64,000 nt of DNA from an uncultured Fimbriimonadales bacterium (GTDB lineage: Bacteria; Armatimonadota; Fimbriimonadia; Fimbriimonadales; GBS-DC), in contig CAYVKB010000002.1 in NCBI GenBank assembly GCA_964451985.1, forward strand, positions 32,240 through 96,239, in the 5' to 3' direction. How positions within the stretch are numbered: position 1 is the first letter of the stretch; every line of letters starts with the position of its first letter. A program made the position numbers and the translations under genes. The notes below the pieces were generated by a model. The model searched no databases. It saw only the letters and a list, made by a program, of their open reading frames with translations, and was not told the DNA's origin. Shown one piece after another: positions 45,179-53,496 of the stretch.

Positions 45179-45457
45179 CTAAAGCGGTTCAACAAAAATC
45201 AGCCCTGCCAGCTGCGCGTCGAGGGCGACGGTAGACATGCCAATTCGCACGGCATACGCGGGGAAGCGTTGCTGCACGTAGACTGTTGCTCCGGGCATGA
45301 TGCCCAGCACACTCAGCTTGCGCCAGTGCCCATCGTGGTCATGGACGACCCGTACGATGCGTGCCTGTGCGCCCTTTGGTAGCTGCGTCAGCGGGACGGC
45401 TTGTGCGCCGTCTCCTGACGCTTGCGCCGTGCCCAGTTCACAAGGCTTTGTATCCAT
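45179..45457 (-). CDS. feoA: FeoA-family protein
   Basis: VPLTQLPKGAQARIVRV...LGIMPGATVYVQQRFP...VRIGMSTVALD, an SH3-like FeoA pattern. Confidence 0.8.
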   Translation of the reverse strand: MDTKPCELGTAQASGDGAQAVPLTQLPKGAQARIVRVVHDHDGHWRKLSVLGIMPGATVYVQQRFPAYAVRIGMSTVALDAQLAGLIFVEPL

Positions 45458-45594
45458 TTCGGCTCCTGCGGTTGCTCATAGCCACAGCGCGGGCACTTCA
45501 CGAGTCGGCAGCCCCCAAACGCGGCGCAACCGCGACAGGCTTTCTGGATGCCCTCCTCAGTCAGTTCGTGCCCGCAGAAACTGCAACGTATCAC
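45388..45594 (-). CDS. Cys-rich zinc-ribbon protein in the feo operon
   Basis: Own reading: GTG at 45594 overlaps the feoB stop (GTGA). (M)IRCSFCGHELTEEGIQKACRGCAAFGGCRLVKCPRCGYEQP, i.e. three CxxC pairs plus one extra Cys. Overlaps feoA by 70 nt out of frame. Confidence 0.5.
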   Translation of the reverse strand: MIRCSFCGHELTEEGIQKACRGCAAFGGCRLVKCPRCGYEQPQEPKWIQSLVNWARRKRQETAHKPSR

Positions 45595-47048
45595 AACTGT
45601 ACCCCCCACGCGCTCAGCAGTCGGCTTAGTGCGAAGCCCACCCCAAACGCCGTTGTCATCGCAATCACGAACATCGCCAACGCCGTCTTCCAGCCTCGCT
45701 CCTTGATTGTCACCAGAAACTGTGCCACGCACGGCACAAACAGCGTTAGCACCACCGCAACCACCAGAATATCGTTGCCCGTTAGTAAGCCCTTCTCCTG
45801 CAGGTCGTACAGCCCCGCAGCACCGTAGTCGCGTCGGAAGAAGCCGAATAGGAACGCCACGCTTGCCTCGCTTGGCAGCCCCAGTAGCTGGGTTAGTGGC
45901 GCAAGCGCACGCAACGCCCAATCGAACAGCCCCACGAGCTGCCCTATCCAGATTAGCACGCTGGCAATAAGGAACAGCGGCAGCACCTCCATAAAGTACC
46001 ACTGCAATCGTGCCAGCGTTTTGATAAGCACGTTGCTTAGGCTAGGCAAGCGCATCGGTGGGATTTCCATGTAGAAGGGCATGGCGCGTCCGGGCAGCAC
46101 CTGTGCCGCCAGCCAACCCGACACCAAAAATACACCCGCAATCACGCCCGCCCAGATGCCCAGCCCCAGCGGATACTGCGCCAACAACGCCAGTACCACG
46201 CCCAACTGCGCCGAGCAGGGGATAGTCAGCGTCAGCAGAAAAGTGGTGATAATGCGCTCGCGGCGGGTTTCTAAAACGCGCGTGACCACTGTCGCCATCG
46301 TGTCGCAGCCGAACCCCAGCACAATCGGAATCACCGCCCGCCCGTTCAGCCCCATCGCCTTAAACACGCGGTCTATCAGCATCGCGAGGCGCGGTAGGTA
46401 CCCTGTATCCTCCAGAATCGCGAACACCAGAAAGAAGAAGGTCACAATCGGCAGAATCAGCGCAATCGCGTAGGTCACACCCAGCGTCCACACACCGTAC
46501 TCGCCCACCAGCAGCTCCTGAATCGACTGCCACGGGACGATACGGCGCACGAGGCTCTCCACGAACGGGTTGATGGTCTCGCCGAACAGGTTCTCTTCAA
46601 TCAGCCCGACCACTGTGCCCGCGCCGAACACGCCCACGAACTGATACAGCCCGAAATACAGCACCAGCGCAAGGATGGGGAAGCCCGTCCACGGGTTCAT
46701 GCTCAGCCAGCCTGCCCACTCCGCGAGGGTCTGCGGGCGTGGAGACTTGGTGGTATGGGTTACCTGCGCGGCGATTTGCTGACTCCAGAGTTGTCGCTGC
46801 TGCTCGATTTGCCATGCCAGTGGGGTCTCGCCGGCGCGTTCGAGTTGCTCTTTGATGTGGCGGATTTGCTCCAGCGTATACGCGCTTTCTTGCGCCTGCA
46901 CTTCGTCCCAGATTTCGGCATCGTCTTGCAGCAGCAGCAGGGCGATGGTGCGGGGGCTGAGGGCATAGTCGCCGCGCAGTCGCTCGCCGATTTGCTCAAG
47001 GGCTTGCTCAATCGCGATGGGGTAGGTCGGTGTCGGCGAGGCGGTCAT
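45591..47048 (-). CDS. feoB: ferrous iron transporter FeoB, helical plus membrane part
   Basis: 485 aa: YPIAIEQALEQI...LEDTGYLPRLA...GFGCDTMA...FVPCVAQF. Lacks a G domain. Confidence 0.9.
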   Translation of the reverse strand: MTASPTPTYPIAIEQALEQIGERLRGDYALSPRTIALLLLQDDAEIWDEVQAQESAYTLEQIRHIKEQLERAGETPLAWQIEQQRQLWSQQIAAQVTHTTKSPRPQTLAEWAGWLSMNPWTGFPILALVLYFGLYQFVGVFGAGTVVGLIEENLFGETINPFVESLVRRIVPWQSIQELLVGEYGVWTLGVTYAIALILPIVTFFFLVFAILEDTGYLPRLAMLIDRVFKAMGLNGRAVIPIVLGFGCDTMATVVTRVLETRRERIITTFLLTLTIPCSAQLGVVLALLAQYPLGLGIWAGVIAGVFLVSGWLAAQVLPGRAMPFYMEIPPMRLPSLSNVLIKTLARLQWYFMEVLPLFLIASVLIWIGQLVGLFDWALRALAPLTQLLGLPSEASVAFLFGFFRRDYGAAGLYDLQEKGLLTGNDILVVAVVLTLFVPCVAQFLVTIKERGWKTALAMFVIAMTTAFGVGFALSRLLSAWGVQL

Positions 47049-47577
47049 AAATCAGCTCCTTCAGGGCATCGATTCCTTGTCCCGACAGCCCTATCGTCGG
47101 CAGCACGGGCGCGCCCAACTGCTGCTGCAGCGCATCAATCTGGATATTCAGCCCTGCACGCTCCAGCTCGTCCATCATGTTCAGCACCAGCACAACAGGC
47201 GCACCCGTCTCCATCAGCTGCGCGGTAAGAGGCAACATCCGCGCGAGGTTCTTGGCGTCAATTACATGCAACACCAAATTGGGACGGTCGCGCAACAGGA
47301 TGCGCCGCGCCACGCGCTCCTCGTCGGTAATCGGCGAAAGCGAATACATGCCCGGCGAGTCGATAATCACAAACTCGCGCCCGCGATAGCGCATCAGCCC
47401 GCGTGAAACCTCGACCGTCGTACCCGGATAGTTGGAGACCGTGACATAGCGTCCTGTGAGTTTATGGAACAGCACGCTTTTGCCCACGTTCGGGCTGCCC
47501 ACAATCAGCACGGTCGGTTTCGCGTCGGCGCGCGCCTGCCTGCGCATGGATTCCTCAGCAGTGGCAACAGTTGGCAT
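47008..47577 (-). CDS. feoB: FeoB N-terminal GTPase domain as a separate ORF
   Basis: GSPNVGKS (G1), NYPGTTVE (G2), DSPGMYS (G3), LNMMD (G4). Ends 41 nt after the start of the membrane ORF, in a different frame. Confidence 0.9.
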   Translation of the reverse strand: MPTVATAEESMRRQARADAKPTVLIVGSPNVGKSVLFHKLTGRYVTVSNYPGTTVEVSRGLMRYRGREFVIIDSPGMYSLSPITDEERVARRILLRDRPNLVLHVIDAKNLARMLPLTAQLMETGAPVVLVLNMMDELERAGLNIQIDALQQQLGAPVLPTIGLSGQGIDALKELIYDRLADTDLPHRD

Positions 47578-47585
47578 TTTCCATA

Positions 47586-47615
47586 AATATACCCTTTAGC
47601 GTGGCTAAATATCAA
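47586..47615 (-). promoter_or_regulatory. feo promoter candidate TTGATA-18-TATATT, with the -10 box 8 nt from the ATG
   Basis: Minus-strand TTGATA (47610-47615) and TATATT (47586-47591). ATG at 47577. No SD sequence. Confidence 0.45.
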
Positions 47616-47644
47616 GGGGGGGGGTTGACACCCCACACCTTGAT
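47611..47644. promoter_or_regulatory. imperfect 34-bp palindrome with a G9 tract, overlapping both divergent -35 boxes
   Basis: ATCAAGG-ggg-GGGG-TTGACA-CCCC-aca-CCTTGAT. The G run spans 47616-47624. Confidence 0.4.
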
Positions 47645-47655
47645 TGGAGTATAAT
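47625..47655 (+). promoter_or_regulatory. fur-family gene promoter candidate TTGACA-19-TATAAT
   Basis: TTGACA 47625-47630, TATAAT 47650-47655, AGGAG RBS before ATG 47692. The spacer is long. Confidence 0.4.
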
Positions 47656-47691
47656 TCGCTTTAGAGATTTATTTTCCATAGGAGCGAGACG

Positions 47692-48126
47692 ATGAACCGA
47701 CTGACCATCGGACTGAAACAAGCAGGGCTGCGCCTCACCCCGCAGCGCGTGGCAATTTGCAAGATACTGGCGGAAAGCAAAGACCACCCAACCGCGATGA
47801 TGATTTATCACCAACTACTACCTCAGTTTCCCACGCTGAGCTTAGCGACGGTGTATAAGACGCTGAATGTGTTGAAATCGATGGGGCTGGTGCATACACT
47901 GGGCGACGCGGGCGACGGCGCGGAACATTTCGACGCCGACCTAACACCGCACATTAACCTGGTATGCACCAAGTGCCACAGCGTTATGGATTTTGATGAG
48001 CACCTGATTTATTCGGTGCAGCAGGCGGTGGCGGAGCGGTCGGGCTACGAGATTCAAGGCGCGCGGATTGTGTACTACGGCTTGTGTCCGCAATGCCGCG
48101 CCTTGAGCGCGAAGGAGAGCGCGTGA
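47692..48126 (+). CDS. Fur-family metalloregulator
   Basis: LRLTPQRVAICKILAESKDHPTA...ATVYKTLN...HINLVCTKCHSV...GLCPQC (two CxxC pairs). Confidence 0.85.
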   Translation: MNRLTIGLKQAGLRLTPQRVAICKILAESKDHPTAMMIYHQLLPQFPTLSLATVYKTLNVLKSMGLVHTLGDAGDGAEHFDADLTPHINLVCTKCHSVMDFDEHLIYSVQQAVAERSGYEIQGARIVYYGLCPQCRALSAKESA

Positions 48127-50423
48127 TGGGTGTGATGCGCTACTTGCGGAAACGCAGGGCGGAAGCCGACTCGTGCGCGGACGAGATGGCGAAAGTCGCA
48201 ATCGCCACACGCGGGCTACAGCGCGTGCGCTACCGCTACAAGGAAGACTCCGTGGAGTTGGAGTATGATCCCCACACGCTGAGTGCGGAGGACGCCCAGC
48301 GCGCTGCCGAGCCGCTGCTGCGCGAGTTGGGAGTGCGTATCCCCACGTGTGGACTGCGCAACCCCGAATCGGGCGTGTGCGAGGCGTGCCCCAGCGTGGC
48401 GCAGCACGGCAAACGCTGGCACATAAACGGCGTTGCCTACCGCGCGAGTTTCGACGGCGAAACACTGACGATTGAACAGGAAGGCGCGCCTCCAGAGCCG
48501 ACTGACCGCATCCTGCGCCGCGTGAAAGCGATCGAGCGTCCTGCGCCGTTGTGGCAGAGCCGCGCGTTTTGGGAACCGATACTCGCGGCGCTGACCCTGC
48601 TGATGATAATAGTGGGCGGGCTGTTGCGCTGGCAAGGTCTCACAGGCGCGGCGAACGGGGCGTATGCGATTGCCTACTTGGCAGGGGGTTACTTCGGCGT
48701 AGTCGACGGCTATCAGACCCTGCGCGAGCGACGGCTGGATGTGAACTTCCTAATGATTGCTGCTGCGATTGGCGCAGCAATTGTCGGCGAAGCCCCCGAA
48801 GGCGCGACGCTGCTGTTCCTGTTCTCGCTGTCCAACACGCTGCAAAACTACGCCCTTGCCCGCAGCCGTCGCGCTGTGCGTGCGCTAATGGCGTTGCAGC
48901 CTGAAGTCGCCACGCGCCTCACGCCCGCTGGCACGGAGACTGTGCCTGTAGAGGAACTGCAAGTAGGCGACTGCGTGCTGACCCGCCCCGGCGAACGTAT
49001 CCCCACCGACGGCGTCGTGCTGCAAGGCGATTCGCACGTCGACCAGTCGCCGATTACAGGTGAAAGCGCACCTGTGCACAAAACCGTCGGCGACTCTGTG
49101 TTCGCGGGCACAGTAAACGGCAACGGCGTGCTGGAGATTGAAGTGCGCGCGCCCGCCTCTGAGACGCTGCTGCAGCGGATTATGCAACTGGTAGAGCAAG
49201 CGCAGGAGCAGAAAGCGCGCACGCAACGCTGGCTGGAGCGGTTCGAGCAGCGGTATGCACTTGCAGTGATTGGCGGCGCGGCGGCGGTCGCGCTGGGGCT
49301 GCCCCTCGTCGGCTGGAGCTTCCCCGACGCTTTCTATCGTGCTATGACGCTGCTGGTGGTCGCCTCGCCCTGCGCGCTGGTGATTAGCACGCCCGCTACC
49401 CTGCTGAGCGCAATCGCCAACGCCGCCCGACGCGGCGTGCTGTTCAAAGGTGGCGAGCCGATGGAGCGACTGGCGACCATTCAATCTGTCGCCATCGACA
49501 AAACAGGCACGCTGACCGAAGGCAAGCTGGAGTTCACGGATATGGTATCACTGCCCGACGCTTCGGAATCGGAGGCGTGGCAGATGATTATCGATGTGGA
49601 GTCGCGTTCAGAGCATCCGCTGGCGCAGGCGTTGGTGCAGGCGGCGCAAGCGCGTGGCTACGAAGCCCGCCCCGTCGAGCGCGTGGAAGCTGTGCCAGGC
49701 AAAGGCGTGATTGCGACCCTGCCTGACGGCGTAGAAGCGCGCATCGGCAACCTTCGCCTATTTGAGGATGTGGGCGTGCCTGAATCGGTGCAGCAGACCG
49801 TGCAGGCGTTGCGCGAGGCGGGCAAGACGGCGATGATTGTGTGGGCAGGTGGGCGGTATCTGGCGGTTGCCGCCGCCGCCGACAAGTTGCGCCCTGAAGC
49901 CCCGCGTGCAGTAGCGCAACTGCACGCGCTGGGCATTCCCTGCGTGGCGATGCTTACAGGTGATGCGGAGCCTATTGCTCGCGCCGTCGCCCAGCAAACG
50001 GGTGTTGACCGTGTATACGCTGACCTGTTGCCCCACGAGAAGCTGGAGGTGCTGGGCAAACTGAGTGCAGAATGCGGCGTCACGGCGATGGTAGGCGACG
50101 GTGTGAACGATGCCCCCGCCCTCGCCGCCGCCGAAGTCGGAATCGCGATGGGTGCAGGTACCGACGTTGCCTTAGAAACCGCCGACGTCGCCCTCGTGGG
50201 CAACGACCTCACGAACCTGCCCTATGCGATTGCCCTCAGCCGCCACGCGATGCACGTACTCAAGCAGAACCTCATCTTCGCAACAGGCGTGATTGTGGTG
50301 CTGGTCATCCTCACCTTCGTAGCGAACCTGCGCCTGCCGCTGGGTGTCGTGGGGCACGAGGGCAGCACACTGATTGTCGTGATGAACGGACTGCGCCTGC
50401 TGTGGTATCGCCCGCGCGAGTAG
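48126..50423 (+). CDS. P1B-4-type heavy-metal (Co/Fe/Zn-class) transporting ATPase
   Basis: SPC in TM6 (VVASPCALVISTP), HEGSTLIVVMNGLRLL in the last TM, DKTGTLT, GDGVNDAPAL. ATG 48126 overlaps the fur-family stop (TGATG). Confidence 0.9.
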   Translation: MGVMRYLRKRRAEADSCADEMAKVAIATRGLQRVRYRYKEDSVELEYDPHTLSAEDAQRAAEPLLRELGVRIPTCGLRNPESGVCEACPSVAQHGKRWHINGVAYRASFDGETLTIEQEGAPPEPTDRILRRVKAIERPAPLWQSRAFWEPILAALTLLMIIVGGLLRWQGLTGAANGAYAIAYLAGGYFGVVDGYQTLRERRLDVNFLMIAAAIGAAIVGEAPEGATLLFLFSLSNTLQNYALARSRRAVRALMALQPEVATRLTPAGTETVPVEELQVGDCVLTRPGERIPTDGVVLQGDSHVDQSPITGESAPVHKTVGDSVFAGTVNGNGVLEIEVRAPASETLLQRIMQLVEQAQEQKARTQRWLERFEQRYALAVIGGAAAVALGLPLVGWSFPDAFYRAMTLLVVASPCALVISTPATLLSAIANAARRGVLFKGGEPMERLATIQSVAIDKTGTLTEGKLEFTDMVSLPDASESEAWQMIIDVESRSEHPLAQALVQAAQARGYEARPVERVEAVPGKGVIATLPDGVEARIGNLRLFEDVGVPESVQQTVQALREAGKTAMIVWAGGRYLAVAAAADKLRPEAPRAVAQLHALGIPCVAMLTGDAEPIARAVAQQTGVDRVYADLLPHEKLEVLGKLSAECGVTAMVGDGVNDAPALAAAEVGIAMGAGTDVALETADVALVGNDLTNLPYAIALSRHAMHVLKQNLIFATGVIVVLVILTFVANLRLPLGVVGHEGSTLIVVMNGLRLLWYRPRE

Positions 50424-50441
50424 GCGGTAGAATCAGGGTAT

Positions 50442-50623
50442 ATGGTTCAACATCGGATTGTGAGGATGGATCCGCACACTGAGGCGCAAGCGTGGCGCGA
50501 TTTCCACGCCAGCTTTTGATACCCGTGCCTCTGCTGCGCGGCGACCCCGATGTGCCCATCAACCTGCAAGCGGTGTACAGAGCGTCTACGCTCGCGTCCG
50601 CTGCCGTTCGTTCCCACGAATAG
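50442..50623 (+). pseudogene. heavily deleted DUF4058-family remnant
   Basis: MVQHRIVRMDPHTEAQAWRDFHASF, then a stop. A C-terminal-like segment IPVPLLRGDPDVPINLQAVY lies in another frame. Nucleotide-level similarity to 13537-13600. Confidence 0.5.
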
Positions 50624-50637
50624 CGCTTGAGGTTACT

Positions 50638-50715
50638 CGCCTCGGCTCGGAATGACAGGCACTCTTCGTGTAAGAGCCATATCATTCCGAACAAAGCGAA
50701 AAATAAGGACGCATC
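50638..50715. repeat. short inverted-repeat element (CGCCTCGGCTCGGAATGAC ... ATCATTCCGAACAAAGCGAAAAATAAGGACGCATC)
   Basis: Arms TCGGAATGA/TCATTCCGA are separated by about 25 nt. Same family as 14141, 29008 and 34656. The right end reaches the GH5 stop codon. Confidence 0.45.
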
Positions 50716-51724
50716 ACATCTCCCGCAGCAGCTCCAACATCGCCCTGTCCAGCTTGTACCCACGCCAATTTTCGTAGGGCACATCGGCGCGGTCGCTCTC
50801 GAGGACGCCGAACGATCCGCGGAAGTTCCACAGCGCCCAGCCCCAGCCCGCCTGCTTCCAGAGTTCGAGCAGGTCGCGCATCCATGCCAGCACAACGGCG
50901 TGGGGCGTATGCTTGTATGCGCCGAACTCGCCCACCATCACGCCCACGCCTTTTTGCTCGAGCGCTTTCCAGCGGGCGTAATAGGCGTCCCACAGGCGTT
51001 GCTTGTCCCAGACTACATCGCCCTCGCGCAGGGGATACTCTGTAGGCGGCTGCCAGCGGTCTGCACCTTGCACCCACTCGGCGCGATAGTGCGTTAATCG
51101 GAATGGCTGATACCCGCGCGTCGCTTGCGCCACATTCAGAGGGAGCAGCTCCTCGCTGGGGGTGCCGCCCCAATCGCGCCCGTCGCACACAATCAGCCGC
51201 TTCGAGTCCTCTTTGCGAATCGCCTCCACCACACGCTCCACGACCTTGCGATGCGACTCGGCGTCCACATTCGCCGGCTCGTTGAAGAGGTTGAAACTCA
51301 GTTGGCGGTTCGAGATGCCCTTATAACGCTTGGTGAACTGTGTCCAGTGGTGAACGCAGATTTTCTGCGCTTCCTCGTCCTTCCACAGGTTCAGCCGTTC
51401 AGGGGGCGACGCCACCGTGTAGCCAGGCGCGCGATGGAAGTTGAGTTGAACGTGCAGTTTGTATTGCTCCCCGAAGCGCACGGCGCGGTCAATTTCGCGC
51501 AGTTCCTCCTCGCGCAGGCGGTAGGGATTGTCGGTGTCCGTCCAGATGCGGTAGTCCATCGGTAGGCGCACGAAGTTGAATCCCAGCTCAGCAATCCACT
51601 CGAAGTCCCGCTCGTCGAATCGCGTGTTGCTCCACTCCAGCCCGAATTTATTGAGCAGGTTGAATCCGCGCCAGCGGGGCAGCTTGCGTGGCGTCGGCTC
51701 TGGCAAACTCGCGCGTTGTGGCAT
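50714..51724 (-). CDS. glycoside hydrolase family 5
   Basis: NFVRLPMDY...LNFHRAPGY...FNLFNEPA (catalytic NEP)...GEFG. Confidence 0.85.
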   Translation of the reverse strand: MPQRASLPEPTPRKLPRWRGFNLLNKFGLEWSNTRFDERDFEWIAELGFNFVRLPMDYRIWTDTDNPYRLREEELREIDRAVRFGEQYKLHVQLNFHRAPGYTVASPPERLNLWKDEEAQKICVHHWTQFTKRYKGISNRQLSFNLFNEPANVDAESHRKVVERVVEAIRKEDSKRLIVCDGRDWGGTPSEELLPLNVAQATRGYQPFRLTHYRAEWVQGADRWQPPTEYPLREGDVVWDKQRLWDAYYARWKALEQKGVGVMVGEFGAYKHTPHAVVLAWMRDLLELWKQAGWGWALWNFRGSFGVLESDRADVPYENWRGYKLDRAMLELLREM

Positions 51725-51765
51725 AGTGGAGAGATTCTACCCCCATCAGGTATCCTTTCCGCTCG

Positions 51766-53424
51766 ATGCGTCGGTTCTGGTGTTGGTTCGTTCTGGCGGG
51801 TCTGCTTGCAGGCGCGTTTCCGCAGTCGTTGCCGCCGTCGGTTGCGCTCACGCGCCGCATGGGGCTGGAAGGGCGCGTAATGTGGGTCGACGCCACCGCA
51901 AACCTCAGCTGGCTGATTGACCGCGCCCAGATACGTGATTTCGTGCGCAAGTGCCGCGAGGTGGGCATCAACTGCATCGTGCTGGACGTGAAGCCCATCA
52001 GCGGACATGTGCTCTACAACAGCCAGATTGCCCCCAAACTCACCGAGTGGCGCGGCGTGCAGGTTCCACCTGACTTGGACGTGCTGCAAGTGTTTCTGGA
52101 AGAGGCACACGCGATTGGGCTGGAGGTGCATGCGAATATTAATGTACTTTCCGAGGGGCACAAGATGTTCAGCGCGGGTCCCGCCTACGAGAATGTGGAC
52201 TGGCAGATGGTGGCGTACTCGCGCCGACGCACGCTGGTGTTGCCCGACGGCTCGCGCTATGACCTGAATCGGTTCGACACCACGCCCCCGCCTGATGGAA
52301 TCTCTGCCTATCGGCGCAACCCTGCGCCCATGCCGCCCGCCGGACGCAGTTGGGCGTATGCGGTTCTGACCGACGATTTGCGCGTGCAGGCAGTGATTGA
52401 CGGAATGTTTGTCACTCGCCCGCTCACGCCTCCTGAAAACGGCTGGATTCTGGTGGCGGACGGTCAGGCGGCGCAGAACTTAGAACGGCTCAGCACACTC
52501 GGAACCCCGCTGACCCTGCAAACACAGCCTATTCTGCAGCCAATCGCCGAGTCGGACACGGAGGGCATCGCCGTGTTCGTAAACCCGATGCACCCCGTAG
52601 TGCGCGAGCGACTGCTGAGTATTATCCGCGAGATTTGCCAGAACTACCCGATTGACGGCTTCGTGTTAGACCGCATGCGCTGGGCGAATGTGTATACCGA
52701 TTTTTCTGAGCGCACGCGGGCGGCGTTCGAGGCGCAGTTCGGACATGTGAGCAATTGGCCCGACGACATCGTGCGCCCTCCCACACTGCCCCGCGAGGGC
52801 TACGAGCGTGGTCCACGCTTTGCGCAGTGGGCGGAGTTCCGCGCAGGTGTGATTCGCAACCTGCTGCGCGACATCCGCCGCACTATCGAGTCCGTACGAC
52901 CGATGCCCATCGGCGCGTATGTGGGTAGCTGGTACCCCATCTACTTTGAACTCGGCGTGAACTGGGGCAGCGACGCCTTAGCCCGACCCTACGGCTTTGT
53001 CAGCCCCGAATATCGGCTCACCTCCTATCTGTACGATATGGACTACCTGATGCCGGGCGTCTATTACCCCGTGCCGTTTATGAACGAAGCTCCTCTGTAC
53101 GACGCCGATGAGATCCGTACGGTGGAAGGCATGACACGCCGTGTGATGGAGTGGACGAACGGCGATTTGTTCGTCTACTCAGGTATCTACGCGCTGGACT
53201 ATCGAGGCGACCCGTCGGGCTTCGAGCGGGCGATACGCGCCGCACGACTAAACTCGCACGGCGTGATGATTTTCGACGCCTCGCATATCGTGCAGTGGGA
53301 CTGGTGGGAGGCGATTCGGCGCGGCTTAGGCACGCCCGATGGCTTGGCAACTGACTCCGTACCCCTTGCGCCCCATCAGCTGCCCTCGCTGCTGCCCAGC
53401 TTGCGGAACGGCGGCGGGGGATAG
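51766..53424 (+). CDS. glycosyl hydrolase-like 10 (GHL10/YngK-like) family protein
   Basis: Signal peptide. RVMWVDATANL...GINCIVLDVKPISGHVLYNS...GLEVHANINV. The family call is from motif memory. Confidence 0.6.
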   Translation: MRRFWCWFVLAGLLAGAFPQSLPPSVALTRRMGLEGRVMWVDATANLSWLIDRAQIRDFVRKCREVGINCIVLDVKPISGHVLYNSQIAPKLTEWRGVQVPPDLDVLQVFLEEAHAIGLEVHANINVLSEGHKMFSAGPAYENVDWQMVAYSRRRTLVLPDGSRYDLNRFDTTPPPDGISAYRRNPAPMPPAGRSWAYAVLTDDLRVQAVIDGMFVTRPLTPPENGWILVADGQAAQNLERLSTLGTPLTLQTQPILQPIAESDTEGIAVFVNPMHPVVRERLLSIIREICQNYPIDGFVLDRMRWANVYTDFSERTRAAFEAQFGHVSNWPDDIVRPPTLPREGYERGPRFAQWAEFRAGVIRNLLRDIRRTIESVRPMPIGAYVGSWYPIYFELGVNWGSDALARPYGFVSPEYRLTSYLYDMDYLMPGVYYPVPFMNEAPLYDADEIRTVEGMTRRVMEWTNGDLFVYSGIYALDYRGDPSGFERAIRAARLNSHGVMIFDASHIVQWDWWEAIRRGLGTPDGLATDSVPLAPHQLPSLLPSLRNGGGG

Positions 53425-53496
53425 AAGGAGAGAGCCTCCCTTCCTCGTCAATTTTCACTCGTACATGGCAGGAATCGGCAGGAGAAAGGTGTAACT

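Noticed and set aside
44394-45195. Track ORFs of 218, 116 and 184 aa across the repeat array.
   Set aside because: They are translations of the same 61-nt repeat in three frames, with motifs such as LEGEAPAEP, WRARRLPSQP and GGRGACRAN recurring out of register. A period not divisible by 3 argues against coding.
47578-47691. Canonical 19-bp Fur box (GATAATGATAATCATTATC-like) in the feo/fur intergenic region.
   Set aside because: I could not find a convincing match. The only symmetric element is the GC-rich ATCAAGG...CCTTGAT palindrome, which is reported separately.
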